Below are positions 8,643-20,057 of a DNA stretch of 64,000 nt, piece by piece. Where the stretch lies: the NCBI GenBank assembly GCA_041984885.1, contig JBHIXH010000003.1, positions 30,823 through 94,822 on the forward strand, given 5' to 3'. Each line of letters starts with the position of its first letter. Position 1 is the first letter of the stretch. The notes beneath the pieces were generated by a model that searched no databases, was not told the DNA's origin, and was given only the letters and a program-made list of their open reading frames with translations. Source of the stretch: Gammaproteobacteria bacterium (lineage in GTDB: Bacteria > Pseudomonadota > Gammaproteobacteria > Eutrophobiales > Eutrophobiaceae). A program made the translations under genes and the position numbers.

Positions 8643-9809
8643 TTACAGCAACGAACCGGATTCTTCTTCCGACTCTTCCAGGCTGAGGTGATCGAGTCCT
8701 TCCATTTTGTCGCTGTCTTTTGAGTCCTTGCCTTCCAGCTTGATCTTCAATCGCAGTTCGTTCATCGAGTCCGCATTACGCAAGGCATCTTCATACGTGA
8801 TCTGATCGGCCTCGTACAAATCAAACAGGGCCTGATCAAACGTTTTCATGCCGAGCTCGTTCGACTTCGCCATGATCGCCTTGATCTCGTGTACATCGCC
8901 TTTCAGTATCAGGTCGGAGATCAACGGCGAATTCAGCATGATCTCGATCGCGGCACGCCGCCCCTTGCCGTCTCTCGCCTTTAACAGGCGTTGCGAGATC
9001 ACCGCTTTCAGGTTTAACGACAAGTCCATCAGCAACTGCTGGCGACGTTCTTCAGGGAAGAAGTTGATAATTCGATCAAGCGCCTGGTTCGCGCTGTTCG
9101 CGTGCAATGTGGCCATTGCCAGGTGACCGGTTTCGGCAAAGGCAACGCCAAACTCCATTGTCTCTCTGTCACGAATTTCACCGAGCAGGATGACGTCCGG
9201 TGCCTGACGTAATGTATTTTTCAGGGCGATGTCCCAGTCGTCTGTGTCCACACCGACTTCACGCTGCATGATGATGCAGTTTTTATGCGGATGAACGTAT
9301 TCAACCGGGTCCTCGATCGTGATGATGTGCCCATAGCTGTTCTGGTTACGATAATCGATCATCGCGGCCAGTGACGTCGACTTACCGGAGCCGGTACCGC
9401 CGACCATGATGACAAGGCCTTTCTTCGTCATGACGACGTCTTTCAACACTTCGGGCAGGCCGAGTTTATCGATATTCGGCACGTCGGTTTCAATCGTACG
9501 CATGACGAGACCGCAGAAACTCTGTTGCACATATGCATTCGCACGAAAACGACCGATACCGACCGGGGCCACCGCAAAGTTACATTCCTTCGTGGCCTCA
9601 AACTCCTTTAACTGCTTGTCGTTCATGATGGCATACGCCATCGCTTTCGTATTCTCGGCCGTGAGTTCCGTTTTCGAGACCGGCGTGACCTTGCCGTCAA
9701 TCTTGATCGCCGGTGGAAACCCGACAGTGATGAACAAATCCGAGCCTTTCTTCTCAACCATAAGCTTGAGAAGATCCCGCATGAATTTTATCGCCTGTTC
9801 TCTCTCCAT
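8643..9809 (-). CDS. pilU: type IV pilus ATPase PilU
   Basis: 388 aa. Walker A GGTGSGKSTS, HANSANQ, no AIRNLIRE motif, acidic C-terminal tail. Directly downstream of pilT. Confidence 0.85.
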   Translation of the reverse strand: MEREQAIKFMRDLLKLMVEKKGSDLFITVGFPPAIKIDGKVTPVSKTELTAENTKAMAYAIMNDKQLKEFEATKECNFAVAPVGIGRFRANAYVQQSFCGLVMRTIETDVPNIDKLGLPEVLKDVVMTKKGLVIMVGGTGSGKSTSLAAMIDYRNQNSYGHIITIEDPVEYVHPHKNCIIMQREVGVDTDDWDIALKNTLRQAPDVILLGEIRDRETMEFGVAFAETGHLAMATLHANSANQALDRIINFFPEERRQQLLMDLSLNLKAVISQRLLKARDGKGRRAAIEIMLNSPLISDLILKGDVHEIKAIMAKSNELGMKTFDQALFDLYEADQITYEDALRNADSMNELRLKIKLEGKDSKDSDKMEGLDHLSLEESEEESGSLL

Positions 9810-9837
9810 AGGGTCCTCCGCAGTTTACTTCAATAAA

Positions 9838-10872
9838 TCAGAAGTTGTCTTTGTTTGCCGCTTTCGACCGTGCTTCATTACGGTTGACAACGTTTTTATT
9901 TACCAGCTCCTGCAGGTTTTGATCGAGCGTATTCATCCCAAATTGCTGACCGGTTTGTATCGCTGAATACATCTGCGCAATCTTGTTTTCACGAATCAGG
10001 TTACGAATAGCCGGTGTACCAATCATAATCTCATGTGCCGCGACACGACCGCCGCCGTTTTTCTTTAACAGTGTTTGTGAAATCACCGCGCGTAATGATT
10101 CCGATAACATCGCGCGTATCATGTCTTTTTCCTCGGCCGGGAACACGTCGACCACACGATCGATAGTTTTAGCCGCAGAACTGGTATGCAGTGTTCCGAA
10201 TACAAGGTGACCGGTTTCAGCAGCCGACAAGGCCAGCCGAATTGTTTCCAGGTCACGCATTTCACCGACAAGTATCACATCCGGGTCTTCACGCAGTGCT
10301 GAGCGCAGTGCTTCATTAAAACCGAGCGTATCGCGATGTACCTCGCGCTGGTTGATCAGGCACTTTTTACTCTCATGCACAAATTCGATCGGATCCTCTA
10401 CCGTCAGGATATGGCCGTATTCGCTTTCGTTTTTATGATTGACCATCGCCGCCAGTGTCGTCGATTTACCCGAGCCGGTCGGTCCAGTCACGAGTACGAC
10501 ACCACGCGGATAGTCGGAGATGTCCTTGAAAATACTCGGGCAGTTTAATTGTTCCAGCGACAGGATCTCGGATGGAATGGTTCGAAAAACCGCACCGGCA
10601 CCGCGGTTCTGGTTAAACGCATTGACACGAAAACGCGCCAGTTGTGGCACTTCAAACGAGAAGTCGCATTCGAGAAACTCTTCGTAGTCCTTGCGTTGCT
10701 TGTCGTTCATGATGTCGTACACCATGTCGTGTACGTCTTTATGATCGAGTGAGGGGACATTGATACGGCGAACATCGCCGTCAACACGTATCATCGGTGG
10801 CAGGCCGGCAGACAAATGCAGGTCGGAACAACCGTTTTTGACGCCAAAGGCCAACAGTTCGCCTATATCCAT
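9838..10872 (-). CDS. pilT: type IV pilus twitching motility ATPase PilT
   Basis: 344 aa. Walker A GPTGSGKSTT. The PilT-specific AIRNLIRE motif is present. Confidence 0.92.
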   Translation of the reverse strand: MDIGELLAFGVKNGCSDLHLSAGLPPMIRVDGDVRRINVPSLDHKDVHDMVYDIMNDKQRKDYEEFLECDFSFEVPQLARFRVNAFNQNRGAGAVFRTIPSEILSLEQLNCPSIFKDISDYPRGVVLVTGPTGSGKSTTLAAMVNHKNESEYGHILTVEDPIEFVHESKKCLINQREVHRDTLGFNEALRSALREDPDVILVGEMRDLETIRLALSAAETGHLVFGTLHTSSAAKTIDRVVDVFPAEEKDMIRAMLSESLRAVISQTLLKKNGGGRVAAHEIMIGTPAIRNLIRENKIAQMYSAIQTGQQFGMNTLDQNLQELVNKNVVNRNEARSKAANKDNF

Positions 10873-11049
10873 TGATTACTCCTTAGCTGGAATCAGTATC
10901 AATCAACAGGTTCGGATATCAGTCGGTCGTTATTTACAGGTATCGCTGGCTGATATCCTGATGCTTGCTAAAACTGCAAACAAGTCTTAATTACATTTAC
11001 TAACAGTTCAATATTACTGACTTTTTTTAGTATAGACTACCGCAAATCC

Positions 11050-11754
11050 ATGAAAAATATCGCTGACCGACTGAATTCCGTACTGGAGCGAATTCGTACA
11101 CTCGAATCACGCTATCAACGCCCCGCAGACAGTGTCCAACTGATCGCCGTCAGCAAGACCCGGCCAGCCGATCAAATCGAGCAGGCCCTGCTGGCCGGTC
11201 AATCCGCGTTCGCGGAAAATTATCTGCAGGAGGCGCTGGTCAAGATAGAACAGCTGCAACAAAAGCCTGTCGAGTGGCATTTTATTGGCCCGGTGCAATC
11301 CAATAAAACGACCACAATTTCGCAACACTTTCATTGGTGTCACAGCGTTGATCGACTGAAAATTGCACAACGACTGGATGCATCACGACCCGCCGACGCC
11401 GATCCACTTAACATCTGTGTGCAGGTCAACATCAGCCAGGAGCAAAGTAAATCCGGAATTACAGTGGATGAAACCCGCAGTCTATGCGAAAAAATCAGCG
11501 AACTTCCGCGATTGAAGCTGCGGGGCCTGATGTGCATGCCGAAACCATCGGCATCACTGGAGGAACAACGACAGCCATTCCGGCAATTGTTTCAGTTACA
11601 ACAATCCATCGTGGACTCGGGCATGGCAATGGACACGATGTCCATCGGGACCACACAGGACCTGGAAGCCGCCATTGCCGAGGGCGCGACGATGGTACGC
11701 ATTGGTACTGCGATATTTGGCGAGAGAGTCGCGAAAACTGCCGCGCCGCACTGA
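11050..11754 (+). CDS. yggS: YggS family pyridoxal phosphate homeostasis protein
   Basis: 234 aa. LIAVSKTRP with the PLP lysine. Conserved position divergent from pilT and upstream of proC. Confidence 0.9.
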   Translation: MKNIADRLNSVLERIRTLESRYQRPADSVQLIAVSKTRPADQIEQALLAGQSAFAENYLQEALVKIEQLQQKPVEWHFIGPVQSNKTTTISQHFHWCHSVDRLKIAQRLDASRPADADPLNICVQVNISQEQSKSGITVDETRSLCEKISELPRLKLRGLMCMPKPSASLEEQRQPFRQLFQLQQSIVDSGMAMDTMSIGTTQDLEAAIAEGATMVRIGTAIFGERVAKTAAPH

Positions 11755-11800
11755 AATCATATTAGACTACACAACCTGAATTCGAACAGATACTAGCTGA

Positions 11801-12631
11801 ATGGAAAATAAACCTATCGCATTCATTGGCTGCGGCAATATGGGCAGCAGCCTGATCGGTGGATTGCTCGCTGATAATTACCCGGCCAGGTATATCTGCG
11901 GCGTCGAAACCGATGCGACCCGGCGAGAAGCAATCGCGCAGCGATTTGCAATCGAAGTGTATGCAGATTTTGAAACCGCCGTGTCCTCTGCCGATATTAT
12001 TTTACTCGCAGTCAAACCCCAACAACTGGCTGCGGTCTGCGCCAGCATCAAACCACACATAAAGCCGGACAGTCTTATTGTCTCCATCGTTGCCGGCATC
12101 AAGCTGTGCAGCTTGCAAAACTGGCTGGGCGAGCAACAGGCAATAGTGCGTGTCATGCCGAATACACCGGCATTAATTGGTGCCGGTGCCAGCGCATTAA
12201 TTGCCAATGACAAAACCCCGGATGATCAAAGAAACGAAGCGGAAGTCATTCTGCGATCAGTCGGCCTGACATTATGGCTGGATGATGAAAGGCAAATGGA
12301 TGCGGTAACGGCCGTCTCCGGCAGTGGGCCGGCGTATTTCTTTCTTGTCATTGAAGTCATGCAAAAAGCCGCACGGCAACTCGGCCTGAATGAAGAGCAG
12401 GCACAGATCCTGACATTACAGACCGCATTTGGCGCAACGCGTATGGCGCTGGAAAGTGAACACGATGCCGCCACATTACGGCAGCAGGTGACGTCCCCGG
12501 GCGGCACCACTGAACAGGCACTGCAGGTACTCAATGCAGCGGGCCTGGATACTATCTTTGCTGATGCACTGCAGGCTGCGCGGGATCAATCCGTTAAACT
12601 GGCCGAGTTATTCGCTGAAGGAAAATCATAA
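11801..12631 (+). CDS. proC: pyrroline-5-carboxylate reductase
   Basis: 276 aa. N-terminal Rossmann motif IAFIGCGNMG and C-terminal SPGGTT motif. Confidence 0.92.
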   Translation: MENKPIAFIGCGNMGSSLIGGLLADNYPARYICGVETDATRREAIAQRFAIEVYADFETAVSSADIILLAVKPQQLAAVCASIKPHIKPDSLIVSIVAGIKLCSLQNWLGEQQAIVRVMPNTPALIGAGASALIANDKTPDDQRNEAEVILRSVGLTLWLDDERQMDAVTAVSGSGPAYFFLVIEVMQKAARQLGLNEEQAQILTLQTAFGATRMALESEHDAATLRQQVTSPGGTTEQALQVLNAAGLDTIFADALQAARDQSVKLAELFAEGKS

Positions 12632-13225
12632 ATGGGTTATCTCATTCAGGCCGCTGTCACCCTTGTGCAATTCGTTGTCGGCATGTACCTCGTGATCGTG
12701 CTGCTACGATTTTTATTGCAACTGGTGCGGGCCGATTTTTATAACCCGATCTCTCAGGCGATTGTCAAACTGACAAATCCGCCGTTGAAAATTCTGCGAA
12801 AGATTGTCCCGGGCTTTGCCGGCATTGACTGGCCATCCATCGTCCTGATCTTGCTTGTCCAGCTACTGGAGATCGTGCTGATCTGCCTGCTGGTATTACA
12901 AACTCTGCCAAATATTGTTGGCTTAATCGTGCTTTGTTTCGCCAGTGTCCTGCGGCTGTGCGTGTTCCTGTATATCGCATTAATATTTGTCAGCGTCATC
13001 ATCAGCTGGATCAACCCAGGTGCCTATAACCCGGCCACCATATTGATCTACCAGTTAATTGAACCTGTCATGCAACCGGTACGCAGAAAAATTCCGACCG
13101 CCGGTGGTCTCGATTTTTCCCCGATGGTTGTGTTGTTGTTGTTATACCTGGCGTTGCAACTGGTCGTCGCGCCGGTACGTGACCTGGGTTACTCGCTGAG
13201 TGGCATTCCAATCCGATTGTTTTAA
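12632..13225 (+). CDS. yggT: YggT family membrane protein
   Basis: 197 aa multi-TM protein that starts immediately after the proC stop, in the conserved yggS-proC-yggT order. Confidence 0.85.
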   Translation: MGYLIQAAVTLVQFVVGMYLVIVLLRFLLQLVRADFYNPISQAIVKLTNPPLKILRKIVPGFAGIDWPSIVLILLVQLLEIVLICLLVLQTLPNIVGLIVLCFASVLRLCVFLYIALIFVSVIISWINPGAYNPATILIYQLIEPVMQPVRRKIPTAGGLDFSPMVVLLLLYLALQLVVAPVRDLGYSLSGIPIRLF

Positions 13226-13342
13226 GCGTGACGCATTGCAGCATGCGGTGGCATTTTGCTGAACTTTTGCCCGCGATCTTGTCAGCCTGTTATATAGGTC
13301 GCAAAATGTGATTATTCATACTGGAAGAGGGACAAAAAAGTA

Positions 13343-13783
13343 ATGCTTAATCGAAACTGCCTGATCGCCTGTTTACTCCTGCTGGCAGCACCCATGGTAC
13401 AGGCCGAGCAATCAAAATCGTTTGGTGATTACACGGTTCATTACAGTGCCTTTACCACAGACATACTGACACCCGCGGTGGCCAAACACTACCGGATTCA
13501 ACGCAGCAAGAGTCGCGCACTGTTAAACATTGCGGTTTTGAAAAAAGTGATGGGTACGACCGCCAAACCGGTTAACGCCAAAATCAGCGGCAGCGCTGCA
13601 AACCTGAGCCAACAACTGCGTGAACTGAACATCCGTGAGTTAAACGAAGATGGTGCCATTTACTATGTGGCCATCAATAATGTCAGCAACAACGAAACGT
13701 TGAAATACACATTACACATCACCCCGGAGGGTGAAAGCGAACCGTTTACCCTGAGCTTTGATCAGACGTTTGTTACCGACTAG
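13343..13783 (+). CDS. DUF4426-like periplasmic protein
   Basis: 146 aa. Signal peptide LLLLAAPMVQA, then FGDYTVHYSAFTTDILTPAVAKHY, typical of the family that follows yggT in Pseudomonas-like genomes. Confidence 0.6.
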   Translation: MLNRNCLIACLLLLAAPMVQAEQSKSFGDYTVHYSAFTTDILTPAVAKHYRIQRSKSRALLNIAVLKKVMGTTAKPVNAKISGSAANLSQQLRELNIRELNEDGAIYYVAINNVSNNETLKYTLHITPEGESEPFTLSFDQTFVTD

Positions 13784-13788
13784 CCGAA

Positions 13789-14565
13789 TTAGTCCACGCT
13801 GTGATCGTAGTCAATGATCAGCGGTGCGTGATCCGAAAACCGCTCTTTTTTATAGATGGAAACCTCTCTGACGCTGTCGCGCAAAGACGGCGAAACCACC
13901 TGGTAGTCGATACGCCAACCCACGTTTTTTGCCCAGGCCTGTCCGCGGTTTGACCACCAGGTGTATTGATCGGCTTCCTCGTTGACAACACGAAACGCAT
14001 CAACAAATCCAACCTCGTAGAATAACGTGTCCAGCCAGGCGCGTTCTTCCGGCAAAAAGCCGGAGTTCTTCTGATTACCACGCCAGTTTTTAATATCTAT
14101 TTTTTTATGGGCAATATTCCAGTCGCCACAAATAATATACTTGCGTCGTTGTCGTCGCATTTTTTTCAGCAGTGGCATGAAACGATCCATAAAGTCTATC
14201 TTGATTGCCTGGCGCTCGTCTCCGGAGGTGCCGGAGGGCAGGTATAACGAGATGACACTTAACTTGCCAAAATCGGTCTGAATATAGCGACCTTCGGTAT
14301 CCGCCGAGTCCCAGCCAAGCCGGGTATGTACCTTGTCCGGCTTTATTCGCGTATAGATAGCAACGCCACTGTAACCTTTTTTCTCCGCATCATGAAAAAA
14401 TGCCTGGTAACCTTTTGGTGCCAACAATTCTTCATCGAGCTGATGTGTTTGTGCCTTGGTTTCCTGCAGGCAGATCACATCGGCCTTTTGTTTATACAGC
14501 CACGGCAAAAAACCCTTGCGCTGAGCGGCACGTATCCCGTTCAGATTTAAAGAGATGACTCTCAT
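13789..14565 (-). CDS. xthA: exodeoxyribonuclease III
   Basis: Start chosen at MRVISLNLNGIRAA (the ATG at 14565). EEP-family motifs QETK and SDHAP are present. The ORF track extends to 14586. Confidence 0.88.
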   Translation of the reverse strand: MRVISLNLNGIRAAQRKGFLPWLYKQKADVICLQETKAQTHQLDEELLAPKGYQAFFHDAEKKGYSGVAIYTRIKPDKVHTRLGWDSADTEGRYIQTDFGKLSVISLYLPSGTSGDERQAIKIDFMDRFMPLLKKMRRQRRKYIICGDWNIAHKKIDIKNWRGNQKNSGFLPEERAWLDTLFYEVGFVDAFRVVNEEADQYTWWSNRGQAWAKNVGWRIDYQVVSPSLRDSVREVSIYKKERFSDHAPLIIDYDHSVD

Positions 14566-14630
14566 TGCTGTTATTGTTCCGGTCAAGAATTACACGCTAT
14601 GATAACTGTTTCACTCACGAGACCGAACCG

Positions 14631-15278
14631 GTGCAGGATTACAAAACAGAATTTATTCGCTTTGCCATGAAGCAAAATGTTTTGTGCTTTGGCGATTTTA
14701 AATTGAAGTCTGGCAGGCAAAGCCCGTATTTTTTCAATAGCGGCCTGTTTAATGATGGTGCCAGCCTGTCGCGCCTGGGACAGTTTTACGCGGCCGCGAT
14801 CATCGAATCCGGTATTCAGTTCGATATGCTCTTCGGGCCGGCGTATAAAGGCATCCCGCTGGGCTCGGCAATCAGTATTGCGCTCGCGAACGATCACGAT
14901 CGCAATGTACCGTATTGTTTTAACCGTAAAGAGGTCAAGGATCACGGTGAAGGCGGCGTATTACTCGGCGCGGATTTGCATGGTCGCATCCTCATCGTCG
15001 ATGACGTCATCTCGGCCGGGACCTCGGTGAATCTATCGGTAGACCTGATCCGCGAAAATAACGCCGAGCCGGTCGCCGTCGCGATTGCGCTGGACCGCCA
15101 GGAACGTGGACAAAATCACCTTTCTGCGACCCAGCAGGTGGAACAAGACCATCACCTGAAAGTCATAAATATCATTGGCCTGGAGGATCTGGTCGAGTTT
15201 TTACAGAACGAACCGGACTCCAGAGAGAATCTGGACAAAATTCAGCAGTATCGCGAACAATATGGTGCAGCCGGCTGA
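14631..15278 (+). CDS. pyrE: orotate phosphoribosyltransferase
   Basis: GTG start chosen so the N-terminus (VQDYKTEFIRFAMKQNVLCFGDFKLKSGRQSPYFFN) aligns with E. coli PyrE. PRPP motif ILIVDDVISAGTS is present. Confidence 0.9.
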   Translation: MQDYKTEFIRFAMKQNVLCFGDFKLKSGRQSPYFFNSGLFNDGASLSRLGQFYAAAIIESGIQFDMLFGPAYKGIPLGSAISIALANDHDRNVPYCFNRKEVKDHGEGGVLLGADLHGRILIVDDVISAGTSVNLSVDLIRENNAEPVAVAIALDRQERGQNHLSATQQVEQDHHLKVINIIGLEDLVEFLQNEPDSRENLDKIQQYREQYGAAG

Positions 15279-15355
15279 ATTGACGTATGCATCTGGTTTA
15301 TTAAACTTTATACATTACGTGCCGAATAACAGGACTATCAACCCGGATTAAGAAT

Positions 15356-15994
15356 ATGACCAAGCATCGACTGATTATTTGCCTTTTGCTCTGCTCCCTC
15401 AGCCTGCCGGCTACGGCTCGTATCAAATGCTGGACGAACAACGAAGGCGTACGCGAATGCGGCAAAACCGTCCCGCCTGAATACGCGCAACAGGGGCACG
15501 AGGAACTAACGAAACACGGCACCGTTGCTGAGAAAACCGATCGCGCCAAGACAGAAGAAGAACTGGCGAAGCTGGAGGCGGAACAGAAGAAACAGGCAGA
15601 AGTAAAACGCCAGGAAGAGTTACGTCGCCAGGAGCAGGAGAAACACGATCGAATACTGGTCGATACGTTCTCCAGTGTTGAAGATATTGAGGCCGCAAGA
15701 GATGACCGTATCTCCGTGCTGGAAAATGACATTTCTCTGACAAACAGACGCACGGAAAAAATTCAGCTTGACCTGGATAAACGTGTTGAACGCGCCGCCG
15801 CCCAGGAGCGCAGCGGCAAGCAACCGTCAGACACGCTGCTGGAAAGCATCGACTCATTAAAGCGGCAGATAAAAAATAACGACGAGTTTATCGCTGGCAA
15901 GCGACTGGAACAGGACAAGATCCGGCAGGACTTTGCGGACGACATCGCACGCTACAAAGAGTTAAAAAGCGTTGAGGTATCAGCCTCGGAATAA
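15356..15994 (+). CDS. DUF4124-like secreted protein with charged coiled-coil
   Basis: Signal peptide, then IKCWTNNEGVRECGKTVPPEY (DUF4124-like), then a long E/K/R/Q-rich helical region. Confidence 0.55.
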   Translation: MTKHRLIICLLLCSLSLPATARIKCWTNNEGVRECGKTVPPEYAQQGHEELTKHGTVAEKTDRAKTEEELAKLEAEQKKQAEVKRQEELRRQEQEKHDRILVDTFSSVEDIEAARDDRISVLENDISLTNRRTEKIQLDLDKRVERAAAQERSGKQPSDTLLESIDSLKRQIKNNDEFIAGKRLEQDKIRQDFADDIARYKELKSVEVSASE

Positions 15995-16573
15995 ACCGGG
16001 TTTAACAATACTCCATTGTTCCTGCAAATGCTGCGTCGGTTTCTGTTCGAATGCAGTACGAATATAGTCACTGATTTTTCCCTGTATCAGTATGACCAGC
16101 AGGTTCGCGGTTGCATCGATCGATTCTGCTGCCCTCACCTCACCCGAAAGGTTGGCCTCACGTAACAATTGTTTAATTTGCGTTTGCAGGCGTTCAAAAA
16201 ACTGACTGACACGCTTGCGTAAACGTTCGTTTTCACCAACCAGCGCATCGCCGGCCAGGACTCGACTGATACCGGGGTTACGCTCGGCAAACGTCACAAC
16301 GACCGTGACAATCTTTTCACAACGGGACTCAAGATCCGTTTCCTGCTCCTGCACCTTGTTCACCAGTGTGAACACAGACTCCTCGGCAAAATCGATCAGG
16401 CCCTCGAACATTTTTGCCTTGCTGGCGAAGTGGCGATACAGCGCTGCCTCGGACACGCCGACTGCACGCGCCAGTGATGCCGTTGTAATCCGTGTGCCAG
16501 GGCTGCTTTCCAGCTCCTGTGCCAGTGCCTGCAAAATATCTTCGCGTCGGTTTTTACGCCTGGCCGCTGACAT
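15980..16573 (-). CDS. slmA: nucleoid occlusion factor SlmA (TetR family)
   Basis: KNRREDILQALAQELESSPGTRITTASLARAVGVSEAALYRHF closely parallels E. coli SlmA. Start chosen at MSAARR, 1 nt after the argB stop. Confidence 0.85.
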   Translation of the reverse strand: MSAARRKNRREDILQALAQELESSPGTRITTASLARAVGVSEAALYRHFASKAKMFEGLIDFAEESVFTLVNKVQEQETDLESRCEKIVTVVVTFAERNPGISRVLAGDALVGENERLRKRVSQFFERLQTQIKQLLREANLSGEVRAAESIDATANLLVILIQGKISDYIRTAFEQKPTQHLQEQWSIVKPGLFRG

Positions 16574-16574
16574 A

Positions 16575-17516
<942 letters not shown>

Positions 17517-20057
17517 CTAAAAAGGAATATCCAGATCCGCTTTCACGGCCAGCAAGGATTCACGAAACCGGCCCTGGATCTTTTCCAGTCCGGCCTGGTT
17601 CTCGGCTTCAAACCTGGCAACCAGATACGGGGAGGTATTCGACGGGCGCACCAGTCCCCAGCCGTCCGGAAAATCAGCACGCAAACCATCGACATCATGG
17701 ATTTCCGCATCCTCAAAATTTGCCGCCTGTAACAACGCAGACATGACCGACCCATGTTCTGATTCATCCAGCTTGATCCGTAATTCTGGCGTGGAAACAC
17801 CTTCCGGTATCGTTGCAAAGACATCGGTCGGTATGGATTTTTCTGCCAGCAACACCTCGAGCAAACGCGCGCCGGTGTATAAGGCATCGTCAAAACCATA
17901 CCAGCGTTCCTTGAAAAAGATATGGCCACTCATCTCGCCGGCGAGGGGTGCATCGACTTCTTTCATTTTTGCTTTGATCAATGAATGCCCGGTTTTCCAC
18001 ATCAATGCCTTACCGCCGCTGGACTCGATCATCGCTTTTAAATAACGACTGCATTTCACATCGTAAATGATCGCGGCGCCCTGGTTACGCGACAGCACGT
18101 CTTTTGCCAGCAACATCAATTGTCGATCCGGCCAGATGATATTGCCGTCACCATCGACGACACCCAGCCGATCACCATCACCGTCAAAGGCAAAACCGAT
18201 ATCGGCCTGCTCGTCTTTCACCTTCTGAATCAGCTCAGTCAGGTTTTCCGGCTGGCTCGGGTCCGGATGATGATTCGGAAAATTACCGTCGACATCGCAA
18301 TACATCTCGATCACATCGTGTCCCATCGCCCGATACAGTTGTGGCGCGACCGCGCCGGCGACGCCATTTCCGGCATCGACAACGATCTTGAACGAGTTGC
18401 CGAGTGCAACCGGGATATCCTCGGAGATACGGCGCAGATAGTCGGCGATGATTTCGACGGTTTGCACCTGCCCCTGGCCCGCCGAAAAGTCGTTTTCCCT
18501 GACACGTCGCAACAGGTTCTGAACCGCATCACCGGACAACGTCTCGCCACCAATGACAATTTTTAGTCCATTGTATTCCGGCCCGTTATGACTGCCGGTC
18601 AACATCACGCCGCTTTTTGCTTCCAGCGTATGCGTGGCGAAATAGGTAACCGGTGTCGGCACCATACCAATATCGATCACATCCTGTCCGCTGGCCGTCA
18701 GCCCGGCTATCAGCGCCTCGGCCAGTTCCGGGCTGTGAGTGCGACCATCACGACCGACAACAACACCCTGTTGCCCGGCGACCGTGGCTTCTGAACCGAT
18801 TGCCTTACCGATTGCTTTCACCGTATCGGCGGTGAGTTCCTTGCCGACGACACCACGGATGTCATAGGCACGGAAGATTTTTTCTGAAATCTGTGAACTC
18901 GCGGCCGCGGGCGTTTCCTTAACCTCGACCGGTGTCGGCGGGACACCGATATCCAGCACATCATTGGCCCCGGCAGGGGCGGCTGCATTCGGATTGGCGA
19001 TGACCGTGGCGTCATCGGTCGCTATACCCCGGGAGACACTGGCCTGCGCCGCGCCGGGTTTACGTTTGCTGCCTGGCAGATCCGGGATCAACTCTTCCAC
19101 GCCAGGGTGTGCACCCTCCATGATCGCCTTGACCGCGCCCTGATAAACGACCTCACCTTTTTTCTTCTTGCTACCCGCCTTGTCGGTGCCGTCTGCCGAT
19201 GGGGCCGATTTCTTTTTATAAAAATAGAATCCGGCAGCGGCCAGCACGACTATCAACAATACCAGCAGTGGCAACATCGATGACCCTTCATCGTCGACAG
19301 TGGCAGTACCGCCTTTCGGCCAATAGGCAATTTCAAACCGACTGTTCGCGATCGGCTCCGTGATCGGGTTACCCAGTTTGGAAGCCTTGTTGCCCGCCTC
19401 ACCCAGCACAATGGATCGCGATGCGAATGACTGCTTTAACTCGGCATAACCAGTACCGGCGTCGATCGACCCCGCTAATGACTTGATCAGATCAACCGAC
19501 ACTGCCAGATGTAACAATCCAAGCAAGTTGTTTTCATCGTCATTGACTGCCGTTGCCATAACGATATGTTCATCTTCACTACCGAATTTATTGACCTCGG
19601 CAATAATGTCGTTGTTACCTTTCTCGATATCACGTAACTGATCGATCGAGGCAAAGCTGAGGCCATAACGTTCATCGGATTCAACGTCGTATTCGCCGGG
19701 GAGATAGATGCGCAGACGCAACGCCTGTCCAATTGAAGATTTTTTGCTCTCGGCCAGGTCCTGCAACGCACTGCTATCCCCGGTGGTGAGTGCCTGTTTG
19801 ACTTCTGTGTCTTTTGCCACCGCCAACAATTCCGATCGAGCCGTTGCCAGACTTTTTTCAAATGGCTGAACCAGCGACGCTACTTTTTGCTGTAACTCCT
19901 CTTCCTCTGCAAGACGCGCCTTCTCCGCCAGCGTGGACAACAGAAAATTTCCGCCAACAAGAACGATAAGCAATACAACCAGGCCAATACCACCGTAGGT
20001 CAGATTGCGCACCTTGCGACGAGACAATTTCTTTTCAGTTATCGGGCCTTCAACCAT
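17517..20057 (-). CDS. algC: phosphomannomutase/phosphoglucomutase (AlgC-like) fused to a roughly 390-aa N-terminal two-TM extracytoplasmic region
   Basis: The C-terminal ~455 aa begin at [16 protein letters not shown] and carry the phosphoserine loop [11 protein letters not shown] and the metal loop FDGDGDR. The N-terminus has TM1 ([19 protein letters not shown]), a ~220-aa soluble region, TM2 ([20 protein letters not shown]) and a low-complexity linker. Confidence 0.85.
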   Translation of the reverse strand: MVEGPITEKKLSRRKVRNLTYGGIGLVVLLIVLVGGNFLLSTLAEKARLAEEEELQQKVASLVQPFEKSLATARSELLAVAKDTEVKQALTTGDSSALQDLAESKKSSIGQALRLRIYLPGEYDVESDERYGLSFASIDQLRDIEKGNNDIIAEVNKFGSEDEHIVMATAVNDDENNLLGLLHLAVSVDLIKSLAGSIDAGTGYAELKQSFASRSIVLGEAGNKASKLGNPITEPIANSRFEIAYWPKGGTATVDDEGSSMLPLLVLLIVVLAAAGFYFYKKKSAPSADGTDKAGSKKKKGEVVYQGAVKAIMEGAHPGVEELIPDLPGSKRKPGAAQASVSRGIATDDATVIANPNAAAPAGANDVLDIGVPPTPVEVKETPAAASSQISEKIFRAYDIRGVVGKELTADTVKAIGKAIGSEATVAGQQGVVVGRDGRTHSPELAEALIAGLTASGQDVIDIGMVPTPVTYFATHTLEAKSGVMLTGSHNGPEYNGLKIVIGGETLSGDAVQNLLRRVRENDFSAGQGQVQTVEIIADYLRRISEDIPVALGNSFKIVVDAGNGVAGAVAPQLYRAMGHDVIEMYCDVDGNFPNHHPDPSQPENLTELIQKVKDEQADIGFAFDGDGDRLGVVDGDGNIIWPDRQLMLLAKDVLSRNQGAAIIYDVKCSRYLKAMIESSGGKALMWKTGHSLIKAKMKEVDAPLAGEMSGHIFFKERWYGFDDALYTGARLLEVLLAEKSIPTDVFATIPEGVSTPELRIKLDESEHGSVMSALLQAANFEDAEIHDVDGLRADFPDGWGLVRPSNTSPYLVARFEAENQAGLEKIQGRFRESLLAVKADLDIPF

